In this document: positions 1 to 12,317 of the stretch, piece by piece
How positions within the stretch are numbered: the stretch's first letter is position 1
Layout: every line of letters starts with the position of its first letter
Source: an uncultured Oscillospiraceae bacterium
GTDB lineage: Bacteria; Bacillota; Clostridia; Oscillospirales; Oscillospiraceae
Length of the DNA: 64,000 bases
Direction: 5' to 3'
NCBI GenBank assembly: GCA_947629775.1
Contig: CANRFA010000003.1
Span: forward strand, 48,098 to 112,097
Position numbers and translations under genes: made by a program
Notes under the pieces: model-generated
Database searches by the model: none
Told to the model about the DNA's origin: nothing
The model's input: the letters and a program-made list of their open reading frames with translations, nothing else

Positions 1-459
1 CTGGGCCAGGGCCATGGCGATATAGATCTTCTGTCGCTGCCCGCCGCTGAGAGAGGAAAGGGGCCGCTCGGCCAGGTCTTCCGCTCCCACCCAGGCCAGG
101 GCCTGGCGGACCGCGGCATGGTCCTCCTCCCGGTAGCGTCTGGGGTACGAAAGCCAGGGGAAGCGGCCGTGGAGCACCATCCGCCGGGCGGTGATCTCCG
201 GCACCGGCCGGCTCTGGGGGAGCACCGCGACCTTCCGGGCAATCTCCTTCGGGGTGTACGCGTTCAGGGGCCGCCCGTCCAGCCACACCTCCCCCTTCGT
301 GACCGGCAGCAGACCGTTGGCGGTGTGGAGCAGAGTGCTCTTGCCACAGCCGTTGGGGCCCAGCAGAACCGTCACCTGTCCGGGGACAAAGGAGAGGCTC
401 ACATCCTCCAGCACCGGGCGCCCCGGGTAGCCCGCCGCTATGTTCCGCAGCTCAACCAT
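1..459 (-). CDS. ABC transporter ATP-binding protein (FecE/FhuC type), runs off the window edge
   Basis: Manual translation MVELRNIAAGYPGRPVLEDVSLSFVPGQVTVLLGPNGCGKSTL has Walker A, and LSGGQRQ appears near the edge. Start overlaps the permease stop. Confidence 0.9.
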   Translation of the reverse strand, partial: MVELRNIAAGYPGRPVLEDVSLSFVPGQVTVLLGPNGCGKSTLLHTANGLLPVTKGEVWLDGRPLNAYTPKEIARKVAVLPQSRPVPEITARRMVLHGRFPWLSYPRRYREEDHAAVRQALAWVGAEDLAERPLSSLSGGQRQKIYIAMALAQ

Positions 460-1477
460 GGCTCCGCCCTCCCCGCTGGCGCAGCAGCAGCCACAGGAAG
501 AAGGGACCGCCCACCAGGGCCAGGGTCACGCCCACCGGCAGCTCGAAGGGGCGAAAGAGCATCCGGGACAGAAGGTCCGCCAGGGTGAGAAAGGCCGCGC
601 CTCCCAGGGCCGTAGCCAGCAGCAGGGCGCCGGCGCTCTCCTCCCCCACCAGCCGGCGGGTCATGTGGGGGACGATGAGGCCCACAAAGCCCAGCAGGCC
701 GGCGAAGCTGACGGCAAAGCCCGCCAGCGCCGCCGCGAGGGTCAGAAAGAGAAGACGGCGGGAGGCCACGGGCAGGCCCAGGCTGTGGGCGCTTTCCGCC
801 CCCAGCCGCAGCACATCCATATCTCCGGCCATCCAGAGCAGAACCAGGGAGGCGGCCAGTATCCCCCAGAAGACGCCGCCCAGGCGCTCCATGGAGAGGT
901 TCTGCAGTCCCCCGATCCGAAAGTCCGTATACCCGTTGAGGGCGTCCGGCACGAAGGTGAGGACGGCGTCGATGCCCGCGCTGAACATGCTGGAAATGGC
1001 TACCCCCGCCAGTACCAGGGTCATGCGGGAGGCGCCGGCCCGGCTGGAGATCCCCAGCACCAGCATCACGCCCGCCAGCGCCCCCAGAAAGGCCGCCAGC
1101 GGCACCAGCCCCGCCGTCCGGGTCCCGAAGGCCGCGCACAGGGCCACCCCGAAGCCCGCTCCGGCGTTGACCCCGATGACGTTCGGGGCGGCGAGCGGGT
1201 TATCCAGTACGCTCTGAATCACCGCTCCGGAGACCGCCAGGGCCCAGCCCGCCAGCAGGCAGCCGCAGGTGCGGGGCAGGCGGGCCAGCAGGACGATGCG
1301 GCGGGCGGTCTCGTCGCCGCCGCCCGTCAGAGCCGAAAGCACGGAGGACAGAGAGAGGGACACCGGCCCCAGACAGAGGCTGGCCGCCCCGCAGAGCAGG
1401 ACCGCCGCCCCCAGGGCGAGCAGGATCCCCCGTACCCGCTCAGGTCCCGGGATAGAGGATGTCTGCCAGCTTTTCAT
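452..1477 (-). CDS. FecCD/BtuC-family ABC permease
   Basis: RLPR, DNPLAAPNVIG, GLLGFVGLIVPH and ELPVG motifs; hydrophobic. Start set at MKSW. Confidence 0.9.
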   Translation of the reverse strand: MKSWQTSSIPGPERVRGILLALGAAVLLCGAASLCLGPVSLSLSSVLSALTGGGDETARRIVLLARLPRTCGCLLAGWALAVSGAVIQSVLDNPLAAPNVIGVNAGAGFGVALCAAFGTRTAGLVPLAAFLGALAGVMLVLGISSRAGASRMTLVLAGVAISSMFSAGIDAVLTFVPDALNGYTDFRIGGLQNLSMERLGGVFWGILAASLVLLWMAGDMDVLRLGAESAHSLGLPVASRRLLFLTLAAALAGFAVSFAGLLGFVGLIVPHMTRRLVGEESAGALLLATALGGAAFLTLADLLSRMLFRPFELPVGVTLALVGGPFFLWLLLRQRGGRSHG

Positions 1478-2483
1478 AGGACTCCCCCCAGCGGGCATTC
1501 GGTTTCAGGTTGTAGAGCCGGTGCTCCAGGGTGTAAAAGCGATCCTCCTGAACCGCCCGCAGGGACTGCCAGGCCGGGTTGGAGAGCAGCGTCTTCTCCA
1601 GGGTCTCCTGAGCCCGGGTGGCGTCCGCTCCCTGGAGCACCACAAAGATGTAATCCGGATCCGCCGCCAGAATAGCCTCCAGGCTCAGGTCCTCCAGCAG
1701 GGCCCCGTCCTGGTCCGCCACATTGACGCAGCCCAGATCCGCCAGCATCTCGCCCAGCACAAAGTCCTCGCTGCCCTTCACCTTGCAGCTGCTGCCGGTG
1801 GCGCGCATGCAGAGCACCGTGGGGGCGGACCCGTCCTGGCGGGCGATGGCGGTCTCCACCTGCTTCTGTACCTGAGTTCCATACTGCTCCAGGGCCTCCG
1901 GATGACCCGTCAGCCGCGTACAGATCTCCAGCATGGAACAGTAGTCCTCAAAGGTCTGGATATCAAAGAAGGCCACCGGGATTCCCGCGCTCTCCAGGGT
2001 GGGCAGCAGATCCACGTCCGCCTGGGTGTTCGTGCTGGCCAGCACCAGATCCGGCCGGGCCGCCAGCAGCGTCTCCAGGTCCGGCTCCTTCACCGGCCCC
2101 AGGTCCGCCACCGTATCCCGCAGGGTGAGGTCAAAGGAGGTCCAGGCGTCCGAGGCGGCGGCCACCAGGGTATCCCCGCCTCCCGCCAGATTCCAGACAT
2201 CCGCGAAGCTCCCGATGAGGGCCGCCACCCGTTCCGGGGGCGCGACGCTCACCTCCCGGTCCAGACCGTCCCGGAAGGTAACCAGGCCGGATTCCGGAGC
2301 GGACTCTGAAGCGGAGGAACCGCCGGAGCTCCCGCCGGCAGATGAAGGGGCGGACGAAGCCGGCCCGGAGGAAGAAGCGGACCCCTCCGTCGCGGAACCG
2401 GCGGAACGACCCGACGAGCAGGCGCTCAGCAGCAGGGCAAGCGCCAGGACACATGCGAAGAAACGCGATTTCATGACAGTCAT
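1440..2483 (-). CDS. Iron-siderophore/cobalamin-type ABC substrate-binding lipoprotein
   Basis: Lipobox LLLSAC, Ser-rich linker, and PERVAAL, EPDLETLLAARPDLV, LESILAADPDYI-type motifs. Confidence 0.88.
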   Translation of the reverse strand: MTVMKSRFFACVLALALLLSACSSGRSAGSATEGSASSSGPASSAPSSAGGSSGGSSASESAPESGLVTFRDGLDREVSVAPPERVAALIGSFADVWNLAGGGDTLVAAASDAWTSFDLTLRDTVADLGPVKEPDLETLLAARPDLVLASTNTQADVDLLPTLESAGIPVAFFDIQTFEDYCSMLEICTRLTGHPEALEQYGTQVQKQVETAIARQDGSAPTVLCMRATGSSCKVKGSEDFVLGEMLADLGCVNVADQDGALLEDLSLEAILAADPDYIFVVLQGADATRAQETLEKTLLSNPAWQSLRAVQEDRFYTLEHRLYNLKPNARWGESYEKLADILYPGT

Positions 2484-2648
2484 CCTTTCCCCGCGCCCCT
2501 GTTGGCCCGGGCGCAATCCGGTTGCCGCGCTCCGGCGGCAGAACGCCGGGCCGAAAACTTCCGGAAGGCGCGGGGCGCTTCGTCCCTCCGGAAGGCAATG
2601 GAAAACGGTCCCTGTCCCATGGCATCTGTGGGCACAGGGGCCAAAACG

Positions 2649-3950
2649 TCAGGCGTCCGGACACAGCCCGCCCCGCAGGACGGACCCCTCCGCGCGCGAA
2701 ATCCGGGTCATAAGCAGCCAGTTGTGGAGGTTCTCCCCCTCCGCCGGCACCGTGACCTCCTCGTAGCGGGGGGTATAGCCCCGCCAGAACCCGTCCCGCT
2801 CCTCCTCGAAGAGCACCGGTACGGTCTGTCCCACCCGGCGTTCCAGGAAGGACGCCTCCAGCTCCGCCGCCACGGCGGAGGCCCGACGGGCGCGCTCCTC
2901 CTTGACCGCGTTGCGCACCTGGTCCGGCATGTCCGCCGCCGGAGTCCCGGGACGGCGGGAGTAGGGAAAGATGTGCATGGCCGAAAAGGCGCATCGGCGC
3001 AGGAAGGTCAGGGTCTCTGTAAACTCTTCCTCCGTCTCGCCAGGGAAGCCGACGATCAGGTCCGTGGTGAGGCCGGGGTCGTCAAAGTGCGAGCGCAGCA
3101 GGCGCACGCTCTCCAGATAGCGGGCTGTGTCGTATCTGCGGTTCATGCGCCGCAGCACGGTGTCCGAACCGCTCTGCAGGGACAGATGGAAGTGGGGACA
3201 GAGGTTTTCCAGCCGGGCGACCCGGGCGCAGAAGGCCTCCGTCACCGTCCGGGGCTCCAGGGAGCCCAGACGGATCCGGCAACCCGGAGCGGCGGCGCAG
3301 ACCGCCTCCACCAGATCCTCCAGCGTGGCGTCCCGGCCCAGATCCCTGCCCCAGGAGGAGAGTTCGATGCCGGTGAGCACGATCTCCCGGTAGCCTTCCC
3401 GGGCCAGACCCTCCGCCTGGCGGGCTGCCTCCTCCACGGACAGAGAACGGACCGGTCCCCGGGCATAGGGGATGATGCAGTAGGAGCAGAAGTTGACGCA
3501 GCCGTCCTCCGCCTTGAGCATCGCCCGGGTGCGTCCCTCCAGGCCGCCGGCGGGCAGCACCTCGAAGACCCGGCGGTCAAAGACGTTGTCCAGGGCGGTC
3601 ATGGGCCGGCGCAGGCGCCAGGTCTCCTCCAGGCGGTCCACAAACCCCAGCCGGTCCCCGGTGCCGGCCACCAGGTCCGCCTCCAGGGCGTCCATATCCG
3701 CGGGATGGGTCTGGGCGTAGCAGCCGCAGACCGCCACCACCGCCTCCGGCGCCATCTTCCGGGCCCGGCGGATCATCTGCCGGGACTTTTTGTCGCTGAT
3801 GGCCGTCACGGAGCAGGTGTTGATCACGTAGGCGTCCGCCTCGCCCTCAAAGGGAACCAGGGTATGCCCCCGCTGTACCAGAAGCTGCTCCAGCGCCTGG
3901 GTCTCGTACTGGTTCACCTTGCAGCCCAGGGTACAGAAGGCGACTTTCAT
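2649..3950 (-). CDS. mtaB: tRNA t6A37 methylthiotransferase
   Basis: TLGCKVNQYE, INTCSVT, radical-SAM CVNFCSYC, HLSLQSGS, C-terminal TRAM-like region. Confidence 0.92.
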   Translation of the reverse strand: MKVAFCTLGCKVNQYETQALEQLLVQRGHTLVPFEGEADAYVINTCSVTAISDKKSRQMIRRARKMAPEAVVAVCGCYAQTHPADMDALEADLVAGTGDRLGFVDRLEETWRLRRPMTALDNVFDRRVFEVLPAGGLEGRTRAMLKAEDGCVNFCSYCIIPYARGPVRSLSVEEAARQAEGLAREGYREIVLTGIELSSWGRDLGRDATLEDLVEAVCAAAPGCRIRLGSLEPRTVTEAFCARVARLENLCPHFHLSLQSGSDTVLRRMNRRYDTARYLESVRLLRSHFDDPGLTTDLIVGFPGETEEEFTETLTFLRRCAFSAMHIFPYSRRPGTPAADMPDQVRNAVKEERARRASAVAAELEASFLERRVGQTVPVLFEEERDGFWRGYTPRYEEVTVPAEGENLHNWLLMTRISRAEGSVLRGGLCPDA

Positions 3951-3951
3951 C

Positions 3952-4287
3952 TCAGGCCCCGTGCTCCGGCACGACGGCGAAGAAGACGAGATCCGCCTGG
4001 CTGTCGTTGATCAGGCTGTGGGAGTGGCCCTTGGGGCAGTAGTGGCAGTCTCCGGCGGCCACCGCCTCGTACTCCCCGTCGATGAGGACCTTTCCGGTCC
4101 CGGCGAGGACGTAGATGATCTCGCTGTTCGTCTCGTGGAGATGATAGCCGATCGTGCTGCCCGGTTCCAGACGGCCGTGGAGGATGCGGTTCGTGCCGTC
4201 AAAGAACATCTTCGCCATGAGCGCGCCCTCGCCCCCCTTGAAGTTGGGGTTGGCGGTCTCCGGCATCTCGTTATAGTGGATAACCAT
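3952..4287 (-). CDS. Cupin domain protein
   Basis: HLH...EIIYVLAG and CPKGHSH cupin motifs. Confidence 0.85.
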   Translation of the reverse strand: MVIHYNEMPETANPNFKGGEGALMAKMFFDGTNRILHGRLEPGSTIGYHLHETNSEIIYVLAGTGKVLIDGEYEAVAAGDCHYCPKGHSHSLINDSQADLVFFAVVPEHGA

Positions 4288-4357
4288 TTGGATATACCTC
4301 CTTATCTCTGCGCGGACATGCGGTCTCTTCCCCCGGCCCGGTGCCGGAAGAGGAAGC

Positions 4358-5839
4358 TCAGATGCCCGCCTCTTCCTTTTCGGGTTCTCCCTTCTCCTCC
4401 AGGTCCTCCTTCGTCAGCTCCATGAGCTGCTCCTTCGTGGGGGACTCCAGGAGCGCCACCCGGTCCGCCTGGCGGGCCACCGCCTTCTCGAAGAGGTTGC
4501 GCACCTCCCGGGCGTTGCCGAAGTTCTCGTCCCGGGTGGCGTACAGGAAGGTAAAGCGGTCCTTCGCCCAGGCCTCCGCTTCGGCCGAGAGGCTGTAGCC
4601 GTTGCGGGAACACTGGCTGCGGAAGATCTCCAGCAGCTGGCCCGCGTCGTAGTCCTCGAAGAAGAAGTACTTGTTGAAGCGGGACTCCAGACCGGGGTTG
4701 GCGTGAATGAACTTCTCCATGGGGCCGGTGTAGCCGGCGACGATCACGATCAGGTCGTCCCGGTGGTCCTCCATGTTCTTCAGCAGCACCTCGATGGCCT
4801 CGCCGCCGAAGTCGTTGGCGTTGTCCCGGTTGGCGAGGGCGTAGGCCTCGTCGATGAACAGGACCCCGCCCATGGCCTTCTGGATAACCTCCTGGGTCTT
4901 GGTGGCGGTCTGCCCCACGTAACCTGCCACCAGGCCGGAGCGATCCACCTCCACCAGCTGCCCCTTGGACAGTACCCCGATGGCCCGGTAGATCTTCGCC
5001 AGCAGACGGGCCACCGTAGTCTTGCCGGTGCCCGGGTTGCCCAGGAAGACCAGGTGCAGCGAGAGGGCCGGGGCGGGCAGTCCCGCCTCCTGGCGCAGCC
5101 GGCGCACCTTCACCAGGTTCACCAGACTCCGGACGTCCTTTTTCACCCGCTCCAGGCCGCACAGGGCGTCCAGTTCCGCCAGGACCTCCTCCAGAGTGGG
5201 CTCCGGCTCCGCCGGGGCCGCCTCCGCCTGAGGTTCCTTCGCCGCCGGCGTGGAGGCGGGGGCCACCGGGTCCGGGGTCTTCGGAGGGGCGGACGGCTTC
5301 CCGGAAGGGGCGGCGGACTTCGTAACAAAATCCGCGGCGTTCACGCTGTGGTGGCCGCTGAGGCCGTCTTTGGTGCAGCGCTCCAGCAGCGTATCCGCGC
5401 AGGCGTTCACAAACCCCGCCTCGCTCTCGCTGACCGCCCCGTCCGCCGCCGCGAAGAGCAGCAGGATGAGGGTCAGCTGGTCCGCGAAGCGCCGGGCCAG
5501 GGTGGTTCCGTGGCCGCGGTCATAGCGGATCAGGTCCTCGTAGAAGGCCGGCGGCTGGAAGAGATCGTACTCCGCCACCTTGGCCGCCAGCTCGAAGAGC
5601 AGGGTGGTCTCGCGGGGGTTCTTCGCCGAGTGGATGGCCTCGTAGAACTCCACATGCCGCTCGGACACGGCGCCGGCCCCGTCCGCCTGCCACACCCCCA
5701 GCACGCAGCGGCGCACGAAGGGGTCTATCTGGCGGCTGAACTTCATGCGCAGCGCGCCGTCCGGTATATAGCGGCGGAAGGCCGTCACCATCTCCTCGTA
5801 CTGCTTGTGGGCCTCTCCGGCCGCGAACGTGCCTTTCAT
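4358..5839 (-). CDS. SpoVK/CbxX-family AAA ATPase with a TerB-like N-terminal region
   Basis: HLVFLGNPGTGKTT, GGVLFIDEAY, NPGLESRF and FGNAREVRN; AAADGAVSESE resembles TerB. Confidence 0.85.
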   Translation of the reverse strand: MKGTFAAGEAHKQYEEMVTAFRRYIPDGALRMKFSRQIDPFVRRCVLGVWQADGAGAVSERHVEFYEAIHSAKNPRETTLLFELAAKVAEYDLFQPPAFYEDLIRYDRGHGTTLARRFADQLTLILLLFAAADGAVSESEAGFVNACADTLLERCTKDGLSGHHSVNAADFVTKSAAPSGKPSAPPKTPDPVAPASTPAAKEPQAEAAPAEPEPTLEEVLAELDALCGLERVKKDVRSLVNLVKVRRLRQEAGLPAPALSLHLVFLGNPGTGKTTVARLLAKIYRAIGVLSKGQLVEVDRSGLVAGYVGQTATKTQEVIQKAMGGVLFIDEAYALANRDNANDFGGEAIEVLLKNMEDHRDDLIVIVAGYTGPMEKFIHANPGLESRFNKYFFFEDYDAGQLLEIFRSQCSRNGYSLSAEAEAWAKDRFTFLYATRDENFGNAREVRNLFEKAVARQADRVALLESPTKEQLMELTKEDLEEKGEPEKEEAGI

Positions 5840-5868
5840 GGTATTCCTCCCCGATTTCGTCTCCTCTT

Positions 5869-5897
5869 ATTATAGGGGAAAGGGAGCCCGGGGTCAA
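5869..5897 (-). promoter_or_regulatory. sigma70/sigmaA-type promoter of the AAA ATPase gene
   Basis: TTGACC-N17-TATAAT on the minus strand. Confidence 0.6.
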
Positions 5898-5945
5898 GCG
5901 CAACGCCGAATCTGTGAACTTTTTGCATTTTCGAGTCTTTTCCCG

Positions 5946-5974
5946 TTGACGAAACACGGTTTTCCAGGTACAAT
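5946..5974 (+). promoter_or_regulatory. sigma70/sigmaA-type promoter
   Basis: TTGACG-N17-TACAAT upstream of the gene at 6048. Confidence 0.6.
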
Positions 5975-6047
5975 GAAACTGTATAGGGAATGACAGGTTC
6001 AGTGGCCCGCACGGCCGCTGTTTTATGTGTACAAGCGGAGGTTTATC

Positions 6048-7376
6048 ATGTCTGACTATCCTGACCAAGGCCGGCGTACCGCACCGCCACCCGGCAGTAC
6101 GGATCCGTCCCGCCTCGCTTCTTCCTATGGCTCCCCCGCGCCGGCCAGGCGCCCTTCCGCCTCCGGCGGATCCGGAACCGTCTCCCGCGCCCCGTCCTCT
6201 CCCGGCCGTTCCACCCCCTCCGGCAGTCCCCGGCCCCGGCGCACGGACGTACGCCGCTGCGAAACCTGCGGGGAGGACTACTCCGTGACCTACCGGGACT
6301 GCCCCTTCTGCGAGGAGGACCAGTCCACCCGGAGAGCCGGAGGCCGCCGGGTGATCCAGGCCAACGTCCGTCCGCAGGGCAGCCGAAGTTCCGGCAGTTC
6401 CGGCGGCTCCCGTCCCACCGGCAACCGTCCCCAGGGCGGCAGCCGGACCCAAGGCGGTTCCCGCGCCCAGGGAGGCTCCCGGACGCAGGGCGGTTCCCGT
6501 ACCCAGGGGGGCAGCCGAACCCAGGGAGGTTCCCGGGCCCAGGGCGGGTCCCGCGCCTCCGGCGGCTCCCGGAGCCGCGGCGGGGGCGGCTACTCCGTCA
6601 ACACCTTCCAGGTGGTGGGCGTGGTCGTCATTCTGGCCCTGTTCATCGCCGTCGCCTTTCTCGTGGTCCGCTTTGTCAAACCGATTCTGACTCCCCAGGA
6701 TTCCGCCAGCGGCTCCGGCAGCGTCTCCACCAGCCAGGCCGCCGGCTCGGGCTCCGCGTCCGGAAGCCAGGGCTCCTCGTCCCAGAGCGCGACCCCCGGT
6801 CCCGCCCCCACGGGCATCATCCTGGACCGGCAGGAACTGGAGCTGCGTCCCGGTGAAACCTGGCAGTTCACCGTCAAGGTCTCTCCCGAAGGCGTCACGC
6901 TGCCCATCACCTGGACCAGCAGCGACGCCACCATCGCCACCGTCGACGCCTACGGCACCGTGCGCATGGTCTACTCCGGCACGGACGCCGTCAGCGCCAC
7001 CATCTCCGCCACCTGCGGCACCCAGCGCACCGACTGCATCGTCCGCTGCAACAGCGCCAGCGGCACGGGCACCGGGACCGGTACGGGAACCGGAACGGAT
7101 ACCGGAACCGGTACGGGCACAGGCACGGGGACGGGGACGGGAACCGGCACAGGAACCGGTACCGGCACGGTCGCCAGCGGCTCCAGCGGCCGGATCGTCA
7201 ACGCCAGCGGCGGCCTCAACATCCGCTCCGGCCCCGGCACCACCTACGACATCATCGCCAGCGCCACCAACGGCTCCAGCGTGAAGGTTCTGGAGGAATC
7301 CAACGGCTGGTATAAGATCGACTACGGAAACGGCAAGACCGGCTACGTCTCCAAGGACTTTGTCTCTGTCAGCTGA
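6048..7376 (+). CDS. Membrane-anchored protein with Zn-ribbon-like N-terminus, Ig-like (Big_2) domain and C-terminal SH3b
   Basis: GGAGG RBS; CETC..CPFC, QGGSR(T/A) repeats, one TM helix, ITWTSSDATIATVD, a GT run, and GLNIRSGPG...GWYKI...GYVS. Confidence 0.8.
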   Translation: MSDYPDQGRRTAPPPGSTDPSRLASSYGSPAPARRPSASGGSGTVSRAPSSPGRSTPSGSPRPRRTDVRRCETCGEDYSVTYRDCPFCEEDQSTRRAGGRRVIQANVRPQGSRSSGSSGGSRPTGNRPQGGSRTQGGSRAQGGSRTQGGSRTQGGSRTQGGSRAQGGSRASGGSRSRGGGGYSVNTFQVVGVVVILALFIAVAFLVVRFVKPILTPQDSASGSGSVSTSQAAGSGSASGSQGSSSQSATPGPAPTGIILDRQELELRPGETWQFTVKVSPEGVTLPITWTSSDATIATVDAYGTVRMVYSGTDAVSATISATCGTQRTDCIVRCNSASGTGTGTGTGTGTDTGTGTGTGTGTGTGTGTGTGTGTVASGSSGRIVNASGGLNIRSGPGTTYDIIASATNGSSVKVLEESNGWYKIDYGNGKTGYVSKDFVSVS

Positions 7377-7386
7377 ACAGTTGTCC

Positions 7387-7423
7387 GCGGACCGCCCTCC
7401 CAGGGCGGTCCGCTTTCTTTTTT
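7387..7423 (+). terminator. Intrinsic terminator
   Basis: GCGGACCGCCC/GGGCGGTCCGC stem followed by a T-tract. Confidence 0.8.
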
Positions 7424-7584
7424 CCGCGCTGTGCGGCTTTGAATCCTGCCCCTTCTCAAAAATTTTTCGGGTAAATTTCCCCACAGGAGATTGCATTCTT
7501 CCGGCTGGATGGTATAATGTTGATCGCTGAGGACTGTTTATGGGCGGCGATGCCAAGCGCCGCAGAATTGAAAGGAAGATGGAT

Positions 7585-10227
<2,643 letters not shown>

Positions 10228-10747
10228 TCCCCGCCGGATCCCGACGTAATCATAAAACCTGCCCGGAGCGGCCCTGCGCCGCTCCGGGCAGTTTCTGTCC
10301 CGCTCCGCCCCGGTCCCCCGGAGGCAGGAAAGCGGGAGTGTGGACCGCTTCTCCCTTCCAGGCCGTCCCAGGCCCGAACTCTCCGCTCCCCGGAGCCCGT
10401 AACCGAGAACTGCCGCAGCCTCTGAATCGCAGAAATCACACTTCTGTCCGGACAAACCCTGGCGCAATCCACCTTCCTCCTGCCTGCAGCACTTCTCTGC
10501 ACACGAAAAAGACCTGCCCGAAGGGACAGACGTCCCCGGGCAGGCCTTTTTGCGCTTTCATCCCGGGCCCCGTAAACCGGGTCCCGATTCTGAGCGTAAT
10601 GCGAACGCTTCCCCGCTGATTGGTCACGGTCTCAGCAGGACTCCAGGCAAAAACACGTTTTCCGGACGGCAGTCCTCAGAACCAACGCCAGCCGGGCCGG
10701 GAAGGGAGCGTAAGCCCTACCTCCCTTGCTCTCTTCCGGCAAACGGC

Positions 10748-11692
10748 TCATCCGCCCTGCGTCGTCCGGGTCCGCAGGACTTCGTACATGCGCCGGGATA
10801 CGGGGGCCTCTACGCCCAGGCGTTCCGCTTCCCGTACGATATAGCCGCTGAAGGTCTCCACCTCGGCGGGGCGTCCGGCGTGCATGTCCCGCTGGAGGGA
10901 ACTGCCGGCGTCGTCCCGGTATTCGTGGTAGAAGCGGTCGATCATCTCTGTCCGGTGCTCCGGCAGAACAGGGACACCCTTCGCCCGGGCCACCCGCCAG
11001 GCCTCGTCCACCAGGGCCTCGTACTCCTTCGCCCTCTGTGGGTCGCTGCGCAGAGGTCCTATGGTACAATCGTAGAAGGCGGTCTCTACGTTGTAGGCGC
11101 AGTTGAGGATGTACTTGCGCCAGATCTCCAGCTCGATGTTCTCCGGCACGCTGTGATCGATACCGGCGGCCGTCAGAACGGCGGACACCTCCTCCACCGC
11201 CCGCCGGACCGTCTCGTCTCCGTTCCGGGTTCCGACGCGCAGATTGGCAAACTGCCCCTGCTGGGTGATGGAGTAATCCGCCCCGGCGAAGGCCACAATG
11301 TAGATGAGGGCGTCCACCACGATCCCCTTCCCCAGGCAGGCCCGCACCCGGTCTCCACAGTCCACCCCGTTCATGACCGGCACCACAATGGTGTCCTCCC
11401 TCACGGCGCCCGCCATCTCCCGGCAGACCTCCTCAAGCGAGTAATTCTTGACGCAGACAAAGATCATGTCCTGGGGGCCCAGCTCCGATATGGGCGCCGC
11501 CGTCTCGGGACGGACCCGGATCTCGCCATGGTAATCGCTGTGCAGGAGCAGCCCATGGGTCCGGATGGACTCCATCCGGGCGCCCCGCACCCCCAGGCTC
11601 AGATGGGGAAAGGTCTTCCCCAGCATGCCGGCCAGATAGCCGCCTACGCCGCCCGCACCCAGGACGGCAATTTTCTTCTCCAGAACGCTCAT
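10748..11692 (-). CDS. panE: 2-dehydropantoate 2-reductase
   Basis: GAGGVG Rossmann motif, VCVKNY, WRKYILNC and SSLQRDMHAGRPAE. Confidence 0.88.
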   Translation of the reverse strand: MSVLEKKIAVLGAGGVGGYLAGMLGKTFPHLSLGVRGARMESIRTHGLLLHSDYHGEIRVRPETAAPISELGPQDMIFVCVKNYSLEEVCREMAGAVREDTIVVPVMNGVDCGDRVRACLGKGIVVDALIYIVAFAGADYSITQQGQFANLRVGTRNGDETVRRAVEEVSAVLTAAGIDHSVPENIELEIWRKYILNCAYNVETAFYDCTIGPLRSDPQRAKEYEALVDEAWRVARAKGVPVLPEHRTEMIDRFYHEYRDDAGSSLQRDMHAGRPAEVETFSGYIVREAERLGVEAPVSRRMYEVLRTRTTQGG

Positions 11693-11738
11693 GTTCTCTT
11701 CCTTTCCCTGCCCCGCATATACGCGGGTCTCTGCTTCT

Positions 11739-12317
11739 CTAAAGGGGCCACCGGAAAACCGGTTTGAGGTCCACCGTCAGGTTCTCCAGAACGGAAACCA
11801 GAATCGACTCCTCCGCCCCGTAAGTCCTCTGCTCACGGTAAACGCCTTCCGCAAGAAGGAACACCTCTACCGTCTGCTCCCTGGGGCTGACCAGCCAGTA
11901 CTCCTTCACCCCGGCTCGCTGGTACATGTCCTTCTTCCGGACTCTGTCGTTGTTCTCCGTAGCGGGAGATAGAATCTCCACAACCAGATCCGGAGCGCCG
12001 CAGCATCCATAACGGTCCAGTTTCGCCTCATCGCAGACCACCGTCAGGTCAGGCTCCAGCACATCCGAAATGTCCTCCGGACGGTCCGTCCGCCTGGCAA
12101 AGGGCCGCACCGAAAAGGGAGCGGAATACACCCTGCCGCGCTTCCCCTCCAGATATCCGGCAAACTGCCGCATCAGCTCCCGGCTGATTTCCTGATGAAC
12201 CCGAATGGGCGTTTCCAGCCTCACGGGTTCTCCATGAATGATTTCAATATTTCCCCTGCCCTCCCAGGCCAGGAAATCCGCAAAGGTCCAGAGAGCGGTT
12301 TCCTCTTCCGTATTCAT
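11739..12317 (-). CDS. Uma2-family (PD-(D/E)xK) endonuclease
   Basis: EPDLTVVCD, GAPDLVVEILSP and YQRAGVKEYWLVSP. Confidence 0.9.
   Translation of the reverse strand: MNTEEETALWTFADFLAWEGRGNIEIIHGEPVRLETPIRVHQEISRELMRQFAGYLEGKRGRVYSAPFSVRPFARRTDRPEDISDVLEPDLTVVCDEAKLDRYGCCGAPDLVVEILSPATENNDRVRKKDMYQRAGVKEYWLVSPREQTVEVFLLAEGVYREQRTYGAEESILVSVLENLTVDLKPVFRWPL

Noticed and set aside
2484-2648. Cobalamin riboswitch upstream of the ABC transporter
   Set aside because: Only GC hairpins are seen; I could not find the conserved B12-box or GGGAA/GCCACTG elements.
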